DNA of 64,000 bases, taken from Octopus vulgaris (lineage: Eukaryota). Shown here piece by piece: positions 25,405-40,331 of this stretch. Every line of letters starts with the position of its first letter. The first letter of the stretch is position 1. The translations under genes were made by a program, and so were the position numbers. The stretch spans positions 99,634,001-99,698,000 of the forward strand of contig OX597814.1 of the NCBI GenBank assembly GCA_951406725.2, in the 5' to 3' direction. The notes below the pieces were generated by a model. That model was not told where the DNA came from. It saw only the letters and a program-made list of their open reading frames with translations, and did not search any database.

Positions 25405-27370
25405 CGTTGTTGTTCAAATTTCTCTTGTGGTTGGTTTATATATGACAGAAAGAAAGACAATTTCTTTTTGTGCACACAAATATCTTTACAGCTATCACTA
25501 GTTAATTTCCGTCCATCCCAGATTTTAAGAATATGGGCAATATTAATATATAAATAAATAAATGAATTTAATTTTCTTATTTTAAATATTAATTTCTGAA
25601 TTTCTATAGGAGTAATGAGCATATTTCCCTGTCATTGCTAATTGACACCTAAAGAAGAAATATATATAAACATATGTGAACTAGAAATAAATATTGTAAT
25701 ATTTATACACAATCTATAAATATATAGATATAATAAATTCACATGTTTTTCATAGCATGACAGATATTTCCTAATCGTGTCATACTTCACAATGCATGAG
25801 GCAATATGGATTTTGAACCTTTAATATGTCACTCTTCAAATTTATCCATTTTAGAAACATGAAGATGTTGTCGCTGTGCATGATTTTTCTAAGTTTAATC
25901 ATATAAAAGTGATTAAAAATAAAGAAAAAAAGAAATTCCTCTCGTTCTGTTTTTCATTCTCGAATGGAAAATAATTTTCACTTTTATTTCATTTATTCAG
26001 GTTTTTATATTTGATTTATTTTGTTAACGTATTTATATATTTATTTATTCATCTTTTAACGTGATAATAAAGCTATTGTTAGCGCTGACATCACACACAC
26101 GATACCAATCGGATCAACATGTTGATGTTGGAAGAGATTTTTTAGAGAATAGCCTTCATAATCAACTAAGAGGAAAATTATATTTCTCACCTATAATTTT
26201 TGATTTCTGTGTTCAGTGGTTATTATTTTATAAGATACTTTGCATTAGTGCAATGTTCTGATTTGATTTTGTAATATTACCTCGCACACAGGCTAAATTA
26301 ATTATTCAAAGTTTAATTCGAAATTTAACAACATTTCTTTCTTGTAAAAGTTGTCATTTTTTTCCCCGTTTGTTTTCTTTTATATTTGTTTATTTCTACT
26401 TTCTGAAATTCTTAATCAGAAAATAATAACAATTGCAAATAAAACTAAACAACACAGGGGTTTATCCTTTTCTCCATCCTAAACCAATTAACACGTGAGC
26501 AGTAATGAAACCCACTACCTTACACATTTACAGCAGTGAGTGAAGAGGAATCTGTCATTTTAGTCAGAATTATTCTACTCCCTCCTCAAAATCTGATTGC
26601 AAACACGACGATGATTTTGTTTTTGTAATTTTCTTTGATATGTGAAGCTGTCAAATTTCAAATATTTTATTCTATTTCTTCCATTTTTAAATTTCTTTCT
26701 TCAAATTTTTGAATTTGATAATTTTGTTAAAATTCTTCTCTATAACTCGAAGGAAAACTTACACAAAGAAGCTAGCGAATAAATTTTCGAAAAGGGTTAA
26801 AATAAACAAACACAGAACACACATATATAGTACTAATAAAAGTTTTAATTTTCTTCATAAGAAATGGAAGTCATAACCGTGTTATATCGCAGGATTTATC
26901 ATTTTCATTCGGAAATAAATGGGTTATATGCGAGAGAAAATATAAATAATTAAGTATAGATGTATATCTGAGAACTTACATGGCTTTTGTTTTATGTTTT
27001 CCCCTCCAAGTCAATGTGGGTTTAATGTTATAGTATAGGTCACATGAATACTTTCCCATTCTTCATACAAATATATATACATACATTCATAAATACATAC
27101 ATACCGCCAGACAGATTAGATAAATAAATAGATAGGCATATATGTAGGTATATGCATATATTCTTATGACACACACACATATATATACACTCCTAGGTGT
27201 GTGTGTGTGAGTGTGTGTGTCTGAGTGTGTGCATGTGTGGGTATGTATGTGTGTGTGTTTGTGTTTGTGTGTGTTACTGCGAAGTATTTCCAAGTCCACT
27301 GTCTTTAATACCAAGCCGTATTGGATTAAGATTCTAAACACTTAAAAAATTTCGGTCCCCCCACCCAATA

Positions 27371-28688
27371 CAAGGGTATGCAAAAGTAACCGGAAACGTT
27401 ATTTGTGGGACAAGCCCGTTATGGTTCAGGTTTCCGCCGCTAGAAGCCACTTAATGCAACCCTAAAGCATCACTCTGACGAGCAGCGTAGTCAAAGTCGT
27501 ACTGCCATGTGGTGCTTCTTTGGTTTGCAGTGCTTCTCCCCTGTTCGTCGATTCTTGCGATGGCTGAAATGAAGGGAGAGCGTGCCTCCGGGAAATTCTG
27601 TTTCCTATCGCGGAAAACGGTAGCCAAAACAATCATCATGCCTCAAACAGCTTACAAGGACGCTGCCATGAGCAAAACACAAGTTTACGAGCGGTTTTAA
27701 TTCTTTAGGAATGGTCACTTGTCGCTTGAGGACAAATCTCATTCAGGGCGACTGTCGACCTCTCGAACAAATGAAAACATCACGAAAATACATGAACTAA
27801 GTTGGAAGACCGTCGCCGAACAATTAACAAACTTGTTGATCTGACTGGTGTGTCCTAGACCACCTGCCGACGAATTTTGAGCGAGGAATTGCTAATAAAA
27901 TGAGTTGCAGCAAAAATTGTGCCTCGCTTGCTCACGGAAGATCAAAAGCAGTCAGGACGGAATACATGTCGTAAACTGAAAGAACTGCTACATGTTGATC
28001 CGAACCTATTTTGGAAGCTCATCACTGGTGACGAAAGCTAGTTCGACGGCTACGATCCGGAAACAAAGCAACAACCGACTCAATGGAAGCATTTGATATC
28101 ACCACGCCCCGCGAAAAGGCCTCAAGCGAAATCCAGTGTCAAGACGATGCTGATTTATTTCACCGATGCGAAAGGAATTGTCCACACGGAATCTGCTCCT
28201 CTTGATCAAACTGCTAACCAGACATTTTACTTGGCAGTTCTGAAGCATATGCTAGACGCGGCGAGATAAAAACGCCCAGACCTGTGCCAAAGTGATGGCT
28301 TCACCACAACAATGCGCCTGCGCACACCATCTTGAGTGTGAGACAGATCTTGACAAGAAATAGCATGAACCCACTTACCCACCCTATTAAAGCGATATTG
28401 CTCCCGGTGACATTTTTTTTGTTCCCTTGAATGAAAGAATTCCTGAAAGGAAAATGTCTTGTAGATATAGAAGAGTTGAAGAAAAAAAAGAAAGAAAAAA
28501 CGACAGAGGCGTGTAAAGGCAACACTTCACAAGATTTCCAGCATTGCTTCGAACAGTGGGAAAACGTGTCTGGACTGATGCATTGTTTCAAATGGAGAAT
28601 ATTTTGAAGGCGATAAAAGTTTAAACATGTAAAACCAGGAGAATAAAATAATATTGCAAAATTGCGGTTTCTTTTGGATACCCCCTCG
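27371..28688 (+). mobile_element. Older mariner element of a second family, 1318 bp, transposase degenerate (~27560-28625)
   Basis: Diverged TIRs (caagggtatgcaaaagtaaccg / cggtttcttttggataccccctcg) flanked by TA. Fragments MAEMK...KTQVYERF, IVPRLLTEDQK, ITGDES, YDPETKQQ, HHNNAPAH, GEYFEGDK. Confidence 0.9.
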
Positions 28689-29855
28689 TATACATATAAT
28701 TCAAAATATAAGCAATCATAAACACTAAAATAAATTAAAATTTTTGAAGATGAAGCAAAATTAACAAAAGGGAGAAAATAATATTTATTTTTGTATACTT
28801 TCACTTGATTTATATTTGAAAATCTTTCGCCTACTTTTTTAAATTGCAAAATCTTTGATCAGACCCTCACTATGACACCTTGAACACTTCGAAATAATAT
28901 TTCCCATCATATAAACCGCTTCGAATATTATTTTAACAACTTTAAAGTGATTTTGTTTTCGTGCTGTATACAATTTATCATTTCCAGATGTCTTAAGCAC
29001 ATACTTTGCTTAATGGTTAATCCAACGCCTCTTGGATGAATAACTTATTGAAAGGTTGAAAGACAATGTTGACCTGTGTGTGATTTCAACTTAGAATACA
29101 GAAAACTGGGGCAAATAGTACAAGGTAATCCCAAAATATTTTACTAGTGTCTATTTGTGCAAGACAAGAACCATCAATTGCTATACTTAACTTTGATACT
29201 TTCGATACCATATTCGAACTCAAATAGTGTCAAGCCTCAATTGTCTCGCGGGGGATTGTTGATATAAGTGTCATTTTTTAATTATATTCATGAGCAAATA
29301 CGTTGCAACAGACCATCCATCCATTTGTTTGCATTTTTGTCGACCTAGAATTGCATAATGCAGTTGACGGTTTCTTTTTATAATTTGAAGCAGGCCAAAC
29401 AATCACATAGATTTTGTTTCTTTCTCTTCGATGTGCATCAGTATTTCATAGAGTCCCTTTTAATCGTCTTTAGCCCCTTTTCGATATGGAGTGACCCATA
29501 TCCAGTCAACAGAAAGAATTGCTATTGAAAATGCTCTTATCAATATGTGTGTGTTTTTCGCATTCCTTGAATTAGGCGTAGTCACGTGAGTAACACATGT
29601 TTAAGATATTTCAGCCAATTAAGAGAGTGAATTTAATTTATTACTTTCCCCACCTACTAGAGTGCCTTTATGAAAGACGGACACGTGCCTTCTAATTTTC
29701 TCTGACTTACACACACACACACGCACACACACACGCACACACACACACATATATATATGTTTGCATGTCTGCTTGTTGGCGTATGTATGTATATATAGGT
29801 ACACACTTACATACATACACACATTCATGCATAAATACATGCATACGTTTATAAA

Positions 29856-29889
<34 letters not shown>

Positions 29890-31246
29890 TTTCATTTGTC
29901 TTTAATTTATTGCGCTATTCATTTACAAAATCCCGCCTATTTCCAACATCATAAAAAATATAAACAAAATAAACGACTGTCAGGGTCATGAGAGGTTCTT
30001 CTGTTTTTTTTTAAGAGATCTGGTATTCCAGCTAGTTCTAAATTACCAATTTAATCCGATGTAGCATTGATCGGCTGTTGCAAGTAATACGGGTGATTCT
30101 GTTGAATTTCTAAACTGCGTTACTATAGCATTATCTTACGTATGGTGAAAGACATCCTTGAAACGACCGATGAAGTATGCAAACTGAGAAGGAAACACTC
30201 TGTATGGCGGTTTTCATCTTATTTCATTCGATGTAAATTAAAAGTTTAAGGGAAAATGTAAACGAGGAAGAGTGATAGAAATAGAGAAAAATGTTTTTCA
30301 TGTTTTAAGCTGTATCACATTGCCACAGCTATTAAAATGATAAATATCCCATTTGTTATTTCTTTTGCTTGTAACTTTGCTTTTCCACGGAAATATCACT
30401 GAAGGTTTTAAGAGACTGGTTCTTTAACTTGAAATGAGAACAGATGTCGGAAAGAATAATGATGGAAAAATTTGGGTGTGATATTGTAAAACGAGAAAAA
30501 TACAAATAAAATCAGACGTTAATTAAGGAATAAGAAAGTAAACAGAAATAAAACAAAGAAAAATTAAATGAAAAGTGAAAAAGAACGTGAATGCGTAATT
30601 AAAGAAGTATGTGATAAATAGTTGTTACTTGTTACAACATAGGTTTACTGACATATATACGAGAAGATATCAAAGGACGTTTTGTGTATGAGTACGTGTG
30701 TGTATGCGTGTGCGCTAATGTGTATATGTGTATGTGGAGAAATACATTAGTGAGTGAGAGAGAGAGAGAGAGAAAGAGTGAAAGTGTATTTGTAATTTGT
30801 CTGTATATATGAATGTGTTCATACACACGCACACACACACACACACGCACACACACACACACACACAAGCATGTGTGTATCTATATACGTATGTACCTAT
30901 GTACGTACGTACGTACGTATGTATGTATATTATGTCACCGATTCAGTCGGATAGAGAATGAGAGACTGGGAGGGAGTATGAAAAGAGGGTGAAAGAGAGA
31001 GAAACAAAGAAGCTGAAACAAAGATTACGAGAGGTAGTGGTAGATACATATTTTAGTTTATAACATATTGATATGCAGCTATTGTGAATACCTTAAAATA
31101 TTACCGCTTTAAATGCCTCGACACTCTTTTCAAGTTTTTCCTGAAAAAGCACTCTGTTCGAAGCATTTTTTCATTCAGCACGGCGTGTTCACTTTACTCT
31201 CTCCATCTCTGTCTGTCTGCCTGTATCTCTCTCTCTCTCTCTCTAC

Positions 31247-31279
<33 letters not shown>

Positions 31280-32049
31280 CGTTTATCAATTCGTTTTGTA
31301 GGATTCCTGGTGTGAAATCGTGTGCTGAAACAGATATTGCTGTATTTCGGGATGGTCATTTTATTTATTATTATTATTATTATTTTGTTTTTTTTTTCTT
31401 GCTAAATAAACACACGCACTATATTTATTTTTCTTCGCTCTTTTATTACTGTTATTTTCTTTCTAATTATTTTAACTCCTTCCGATGGTCCGAAAATCTT
31501 TCGTCATATATCTATGACCTCTTCAGCGACACTTTTCATTTCCGTGTGTGTTTTTGCTCCAATTATTCTTTTCTGTTCTTCTAAGCTGTGTGTCCTTATG
31601 TGCACATGCGTTTGTGTCCTTGTGTTTTGTGTGCGTGCATGTGTGTGTATGTGTGTGCATGTATATGCGTGTGTCATAGATTTTAGCAGCAGTGTGGCCT
31701 TCCCCTCAGCTCCAACCTCTCACCCATTCTGCTGCTACTGTCCCAAGACTCGAGAAAAAAAAACAGTACAATTCCTGTATTCCTCTGTGTATTTATGTTC
31801 GGCCACGGTGTTGCCATCGTGGTAGTTGTTGTTGTTGTTGTTGCCGACAGTGTTAGTTTTGTTGTTGACATCATATGGCCGTTCAAGAGGTTTCATGGGT
31901 GTGTGTTTCTGTGTGTCTATGGATTCGCTTCCTATGTTTCCATGTCGTTTATATAGTTTTAACTATTTATATTATCTATCTCTGTCTTACGTTTATCACA
32001 GATATATTTATATATTCGTTTATTTATCTATTTATATATTCATTTATTT

Positions 32050-32198
32050 ACTCTTTTAGTCTTTTACTTGTTTAAGTCATTTGACTGTGGTCATTGCAGG
32101 AGCACCGCCTTTAATCGAGCAAATCAACCCCAGGGCTTATTCTTTGTAAGCCTAGTATTTATTCTATCGGTCTCTTTTGCCGAACCGCTAAGTTACGA
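32050..32198 (-). mobile_element. SINE family B 3' fragment
   Basis: cttttacttgtttaagtcatttgactg...gccgaaccgctaagttacg matches 48225-48365. Confidence 0.75.
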
Positions 32199-32893
32199 TA
32201 TCCGATTTAGTGGGGGGTTTTTTTTTCATAGCTACTGAAATGTATAACATCAAACACAAGGAAATATAATGAGAATCATCACATGAAGATGAGATTTACA
32301 CTAGAGAGATCCGTTTACTCGCACATTATTAAGTTAAATCATTCAATTGGTAAATAACAGAAGAGCACAGCTCTACCTCTGTAATCATAGCTAAGAAAAA
32401 AATATTTGGCTTCATGAAAGGGACGTCAGTTTATGTCAAGAAAAAGGAGACTTACGGTTGAGTATACATACATGCACATATAGATAGAACATATACATAA
32501 ATACCTGCGTACATAAATGCACGCACACACACACATGCATACATGCATACACACACACACACACAAATATATATATAATGAAAACATGTAAAACATGTAT
32601 ATACGTATGCAAATCTTTATACAGAAACAGTATATATCTGTATATATAAATACAAAAGTGCATTTACACCAACACATTTATAGTTAATAAAGATAAGCAC
32701 TGCATATATATATGTGCACACAAGCACACACACATATAAGTATATATTTACATAAGTATATACATATTTACATGCATACATATACACACATACATATATA
32801 TTGGGAGACAGAAATATAATTACTTAGATATATACAGGTATACAGGCACACATATATATACATACATATATATACATATATACATATATATAT

Positions 32894-32926
<33 letters not shown>

Positions 32927-35544
32927 ATGTGGGTATGTGTTTGCGCGCGTATATGTGCATTTGTATACGTAACAGTGAGTCTGCGATGACAAACCATACA
33001 GTAAAATATATGAGACATTAAAATAAGTTGATGCCTATATTTCATGGAAGATTTTCTCATGTAAAAATCTGTGTTAGAATCTATACACATACATACGTAA
33101 TACACATATATAGGCGCATATAAAACAATACAAAATACACCAACATTATGCATCGCTATATTATACATTAATTTTCAGTGTCTAATAGATGCCAACAATT
33201 GTTAAAAATCACTTGAAATGAAAGTCTATATTCTTTTCTTTTTAGGAAATTGGTTATGGAAGCATGCAAAACAGCGCCCGCTGGTGAAAGCAACGAATGA
33301 ATCTGATTTTCAAATAGCAATTATCTGCTCTGCATAATTTTTAGCATGCATGATCTAGCCTTGACTTTAACTTCATTTACATCGAAGCCCTCCATGCGTG
33401 ATGAATGCATTGCCGTCTTCCTTGTCTTGGTGACAAATACAGACAAGCTTTACATACATAAATTTATTCATACACCAGGCCCGACAACTACAAACACAGA
33501 TCTGCATATGCACAAAGTATATATTCATAGAATCACATGCACACACACACACACGCGCGCGCGCGCACACACACACACACACACACATACACACACATAT
33601 ACAAACACACACATATATACACACATACCTGCACACAGACACACGGATATATAATTAGAGACATATGAACGTGTTTGTGCACGAATGTGTGTAACTGTCC
33701 TATCTATCATACTTGTGTATGTATGCATCTATGTATATGTATAAATAAATATATGAATGCATGGATAAAGCAAATTTGAGTGGGCGAGAAAGAGAGAAAA
33801 ACAAAAGTGAGAAAGTCTGATTAGTGGAAAAAAAACTTGATGTTCACAGAAGCAGTAGATTATTATTCAAAAATCTATATTTTATTTTGGTTTTTAGATT
33901 CGAATCTTAATATTATGTGTTCACAATCTGCTGATTCTAAAATGTTGCAATTTTCATGGCAAAATTAAACGTGAAATCTGATAATTGTAGGTTTAAAAAA
34001 CTTTTAATTCTTTTTACTTGTTGCAGTTATTGAACTGCAGTCATGCTAGGAACACAACGTTGAAGAGCTTATTGGGACAAACTGACTCTAATATTGATCT
34101 CCTTATGATAGAATTACAGGGATGGAAACAAACAAACCCCGATTTTTCATGTGGTGAGGGCGACAACCAGAAGCGTGCGCCCGCACACACAGATGTCTAT
34201 ATTAAATCAATACTGCTTGTAAAAAAATTTAATTCATCAAATACGTCAGATACAAAGAAACGAGGGAGGTATCAGGTGATCGTGAGATGCGCTAAAGATA
34301 ACAACTAAATAGCCATTTAATCACCCATCAGGGAAATTGTTTTTGTCGTTTTTGCATAACCGTTTCACTCACCGTGTGTATATAAATTCGCAAAACCTTT
34401 CTTAAAGTTCCAAAAAATAAAATAAAAAGTTAAGGTGGGGGTTATATGGCGTGCTTAAAGCAGAATTCTGCCCATATTTCTTGAATGCATACCTTATCTT
34501 AACTTTTTTTCGATTCACAATACGAAAAGAAATCTTGTGCGCCGAAAATGCCCCTTAGTTATTTATCTACATTGTAAACAATGTAAAGACTTTCTCTTCA
34601 ACCTGTTGGCTAATTACTACGGCAATGATATACCAATACCGTTTTTCAATATCACTACCGGAGAATTTTGATACAAAGAGCCAAGAGGCTAAAATGCGAT
34701 TTAGCATTGATACCACCACCGCTGGACGATATTCGTTCGTGACTGATATACCTCAGTATTTTTAGCACTATATCCCTATAAGCGATGCATGTATATATGC
34801 ACTCAGAATGAATATCGCAGTTTAGCAGGCTTTCAATAATGTATCAGTTTCAAGAATAATACATACATGCATACACATGCACCCACGTATATGTACACTC
34901 ACAAAAGTGCACTCACTCACAAGCAGTTAGAAAGACGATACAAATGCAAACAAGCGAAGATATAATCCAACAATTTTATGCATTTTATTATATTCTGTCT
35001 CTTTTTTTTATATGCTTCCTGTTTAGTAGAGTTTCATCCTTTCCTCCGTTAACTATACCAACTCATTCAAATTATGTGTCTACTCATCGAATTACACTGA
35101 AAGTGGTTGTGTAATCCAAACAGGCCTTTTCTTTTAAAATAATCGAACAGAATTAGCTTCATAGCGTATGACGAGGCTGGCCTTTTGAGTTTATTTATAA
35201 GTATGACTTTCTTCTTCATAAAATGATATCAAAATTATCTTGGGAATTATGCTGTTATTTTACTTTTAAGTTTTCTTACTAAATTGCTAATTCTTGTAGG
35301 CGACGGAGTGGAAACACATCATCTTGATATCCGAATGATCAGCTCTACAAATTTAGAATAGGAGCTTACCACTTTTGCGAAACTTAAGTGTACATGCTTA
35401 CATAAGTACATATGTTCATGCGTAAATACATATACACACATCCCCTCCCCCCGCAAAAGCTGACACACACACACATACATATATATATTTATGTATGTAC
35501 ATGTATATGCATATCTAACTTTATATACGTACACGCGCACCAAC

Positions 35545-35870
35545 TGGCACTCCGTCGGTTACGACGATAAGGGTTCCAGTTGATGCGATCAACAGAACAG
35601 CCTGCTCGTGAAATTAACGTTCAAGTGGCTGATCAGTTCACAAACACGCGTGCCCCTGACGTTGTTCTCAGGGTGATTCAAGCAAGCATGACACAAAATG
35701 TCATAAAGCTAGCCCCTTGAATTACAGATACAACTAATTTGCTAGCAGCTGAGTGGACTGGAGCAACGCAAAATAAAATGTTTTACCCAAGAACAGAACG
35801 CGCTTACTTGAATCAAACTCGCTACATTCCGATCGAGGACCGAATAACCTAACCATTAAATCAGGCGTTA
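35545..35870 (-). mobile_element. SINE with family C-type head and centre and family D-type 3' half
   Basis: gctgagtggactggagcaacg...caagaaca matches 48073-48120; gcactccgtcggttacgacga...gcctgctcgtgaaattaacg matches 23875-23949. Confidence 0.72.
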
Positions 35871-36180
35871 AATCTTTATTTCAGAATCATACTTTTATAG
35901 AAATTACAAATTAATATGGGTTGCAACTGATATTTATCAATAATGACAACGTTTGTCCTGTTTTGATTTTACTAGGACTCTTTAACGCAGTTTAATCTAA
36001 CCATTTTAGTACCATTTTTAACGGTGTTGCTCCGGGCACAGAATTGAAATCCCCGTTCGCTACCCGCTTTGGACCACTCTTACTTTTCTACTTCTATCTC
36101 ATTATCTGTTTTGCATGTTTGTATTATAGCTAATTTCTTCAAACAATAGATTGCGATTCAATAATATTTACCCATTTTAG

Positions 36181-36360
36181 AAGGCGGCAAACTGGCAGAT
36201 TCGTTTGCACGCAGGACAAAATGTTTAGCTGCTTTTCAACGAGATCGACTTTGCCATTTATCCTTTAGAGGTCGATAAAATGAGACCCACTTGAGCATTG
36301 TGGGTCAATGTAATCGAGTTACTCACTTTCTCGAAATTGCTGGCATTGTACAAAATGTTT
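36181..36360 (+). mobile_element. Diverged SINE family A copy
   Basis: aaggcggcaaactggcagattcgtttgcacgc...tcgactttgccatttatcctttagaggtcgataaaatgag. Confidence 0.65.
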
Positions 36361-37300
36361 GTACATGCCATTTTGTTTCGAATTTTAAAATTGCATGCTC
36401 GTACTGTTTTCGAACTAGCAATTTTCTTGGCAAAATTCAAAGTAAAATAACTTCCTAATACCCAAATATCTTTATAGTATTTATGTTTTTATTTGCTACT
36501 AACATTAAAAGTAAGGTAATATTTTAGTGATGAAGGGCCGGAATATCAGTGAAAGAGTTCCACCACTAGGATACTAAAATTATATGTTTGCAGAAGATCA
36601 TAGTTATAATTAATGAACGAGTAGTGAAAGCTTGCGCATTTTGTAAATTTTAAACTGTTTAAGATGGCCCCACCGCAGACAAACAAATTTTTGGGGAAAA
36701 AAAAATAATAGAAATAAAAAAATTCAGCTGACATTCCTTAAAATAGGCCTTGAAAAGAAAATAGCTCACATAAATCAGTGTAACTCTGTATACTAAAGAA
36801 TATCTCATTTTATCACACCTACTCTTAGAAACGTCCTAAAATCGGTGCCCTTTACATCTAACAGCATTACGTTAAGTAGTACCATAAACAAAATGGAATA
36901 CTTTTTCGCTACTAATTGAATTTGTATTTATTTTATACGGGATGTATTTTGCAAGGTTAAAATGATAACATCTCTTAGAAAAGAGTGAAAAAATAAAGAT
37001 CTCGTAGTTCTTCCTTATCAGTGGATATCAAATATTGTTTGTCACTGTAGCAAACCGTTTTCCCATGTGCAAACATATATTTTGAGCAGAATGGTGCTTA
37101 TAATTGGGCTTGGTAATTTTATACTTTTGAGCATCAATTACGTGAAATTACATTCTTTAGGTCTACTAAACTTGCCATACAACTGGGCACACGCCTTTGC
37201 GCCTTGCCCGTTTCCTCATTCGTTACGAAACTTTCGTACTAAACGTTGTTTACAGTGTAGATATATAACTAAATAGTGCTTTCCATACAAAAATTTTTTT

Positions 37301-38150
37301 GGGGAGGTGGCCACGGATTTGAAAAGACAAGTAATATTTCCACTAATAAAAACGATAAAAAGACCAGATTTAGTGCTATGGAATAGAGAACGGAGGATAG
37401 GAATTTTGCTAGAACTGACAGTGCCATGGAAGAGAACATCGGCAATGCAAAGGAACGAAAGGAGAAGAGGTACGAAAAACTAATCGAAGAGTGCAGAGTA
37501 CAGGGACGGAATGTCGAGCATTACCACCTGGCTGTAGGGGCTAGAGGCTTCAATGAAAGAAAAATAACAACTCTATTCAAAAGAAGATTTGTTTTTTCTA
37601 GCTTGGAGCTGAGAAAACTAATAAGGAGAGTACAGGAGGCGGTCGAAAAAGCCAGCTTCTCTATATGGCTGAAGTGAGAAGACCAGAAATGGCTTGAAAG
37701 TCATAACATGCCGGCGGAAAATAACATCACTAGGTGAGACAAGCTGACACTGAATTAGCTTTGCTGACTGACAGGTGACGGTCGTTTAGAAATATGTGGG
37801 CTAAGACTACGCGCCTTCATTGGTCAGTTAAAGTTGAGACAGTGTCACGTGACAACTTGCTGTGGCTTTCTGCTGGAGCCTAGCAGCAGGTATTTAAAGG
37901 GAAAAACTTTGGCAAGTGAGTCAGTCGCCCGCTGATACTCGTTGACGCTACATCGAAGAGGCCAGGGAACAGAAGAAAGAAGACATGCACCCAACACCAG
38001 AGCTGAAGACACCTCCCAAAGGGGGGGGGCACGTCAAAACGGTAGAGGCGTAGGGACCGAAACCGGACATGGTTCCTCCTGATGATGTCTTGAGCTAACT
38101 GGATCCTATTAAGGAGCTGTTGTGGTAGCAGACCACGAAACGCAGTTGAA
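37301..38150 (+). mobile_element. 3' fragment of a HERO-like RLE non-LTR retrotransposon (endonuclease end plus 3'UTR); 3' boundary approximate
   Basis: RPDLVLWNRERRIGILLELTVPW/(frameshift)EENIGNAKERKEKRYEKLIEEC...LAVGARGF...EKASFSIWLK fits the RPD...LELTVPWE...K..KY...VGCRGF pattern of HERO/R2-group RLEs. Confidence 0.8.
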
Positions 38151-39365
38151 ATTCCTCCTTGTGAATCGAAGGAAAGTTAAGATATGCGTTCAAGAATTCT
38201 GCTTTAAGCATGCTATGTAACCCACCCATAACTATTTTTCGCTTGTATTTTCTGCAAACTTTTGTAAATCTGTGTTCTACAAACGGAGAATTTATATCAT
38301 TATGCAAAAACCATAAAACGATTTTTTGGGTGCGTGATTTAATGGCAATTTAGCTGTTATCTTTAGCACATTTCACGACCATCTGATACCCATATCTCCC
38401 TTCTTTGTTGCTCTGACATATTTGATATTTTTCAAAATTTTTCTTGCCCTAAACTCATTTAATTGTCTATTGCTGAGATGGATTTAAGCTAACAATTCGA
38501 ACACTGTTAAAAATAAAATATCGAAAACTTCAAAAAATTCGTAACTGTGCTTAAAAAAAATCGTAAAGTTCAAAAATATTCGAAAATTTCGAAACATTAA
38601 AAAAAAATTTTTACATATTCGTGCGACTTTCCGTGTGTAGAGCACAAATTTGCAAAGATTTTCTGAAAATATGAAAAGTTAAAAAAAAAGTTATTTGAGT
38701 TTATATGGCGTGCAGTATTCCGCCGAAATATGATAGTAAAATCTGTAAAGCTAATTTGCACTTATTACATAAACGTAACTACGTCAGAAAACGAAAGAAT
38801 CTCTCTAACGTAGCTCGACCTACTAGAAATATTGGCCTAAAATAGCTTAAAATTACATCTGAAAGTTTTCGTCAAAAAATGGAAAAGGAAAATTTCATAC
38901 TTGATAATGATGTCTCTGGTACATTAAGAAAATTTGATATAATGGCTACACTGCCTTTGATCTTAGCCCTTTTCGATCAATATTTTCTTGGTACACGGAT
39001 AAAAAATTACTATAGCCAAATCCGAAGCATCTAAATGATTGCGAGAGCCAAAATGATAGTCATAGCTGTAATAGGTCATCTGATTCACGAGGACTAAATT
39101 GGTTAGACCATACTGAGAGTACTTTAATTAGCTGCAATTTCTGAAACCATAACACAGGTGAAGCAGCATGTTGAGTTACAGCCGCATGCTTTATTGACTC
39201 GGGTTCCAGTGAAATGCTCTATAATGTTTGAAAGATAGTTTTTCTATGCCTCAGATTTTAATATTTTTAGTTAATGTGTGGTTGGCACGAGGTCAACGAC
39301 AATGGACTGGTAAAAGGAGAACTTTTGCTGGTCAGTTCACTAGAACTACCTCTCAGACACACAAG

Positions 39366-39447
<82 letters not shown>

Positions 39448-39940
39448 CAGACACATATACACACATGCATACGCACGCACATGCCTGCATCCACACATAG
39501 TTTTATTTAATTATTTACTCATAAGTATAGATATGTATTATGAAGAAGGAAATGCATTAGTACTTGACATACTGCGGAAAGAAGTTGAGACACTTGGGCG
39601 TAGTGTGCCACAGCGCCGCATTAAAGATATCTATATACAGTCGCAATAATAATTATCACAAATACAGTAGCATAACTAAGGGAACAAATCTCATAGTCTT
39701 ATTTCTTCTACGCCTTTCCCTCTTTCTCTCCTCCTCTTCCTCCTCATCCACCTCATTATCATCGTCTATATTTTCTCCTTTATCATCCCAACACCTTTAG
39801 TGTCATTGCCAGTGTCAGATTTTGTTTATATTGGTTGAGTTATAATAGTGTTAATGACAATGGATATATATTGTTTAATATCCATTACAATAATATAATT
39901 TTGATAGCCGAACAAAAACAATTCAATGATTTAATATAGA

Positions 39941-40012
<72 letters not shown>

Positions 40013-40021
40013 ATTTTTATT

Positions 40022-40111
<90 letters not shown>
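39941..40111. repeat. (ATT)n/(ATC)n compound microsatellite at the 5' junction of the LINE
   Basis: Read directly from the sequence. Confidence 0.98.
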
Positions 40112-40112
<1 letters not shown>

Positions 40113-40331
40113 CTTCCGACGCCGATGGACGTACGTGAATCAGCTCCGTGAATTTGACACCAATTTCATTGGAAATCATTTGATAAGTTTGAATATTTTT
40201 TAATATTTTTGTAGCCAAACCGACCGGCTTCTTGCGGAGCTCGTCGGTTGGGCGAAATTTTGCCCCATTCGGGGTGAAATTACTGTCTATCCTTTTGAAA
40301 TTGACATTTTTTTGCACACACACATTACAAA

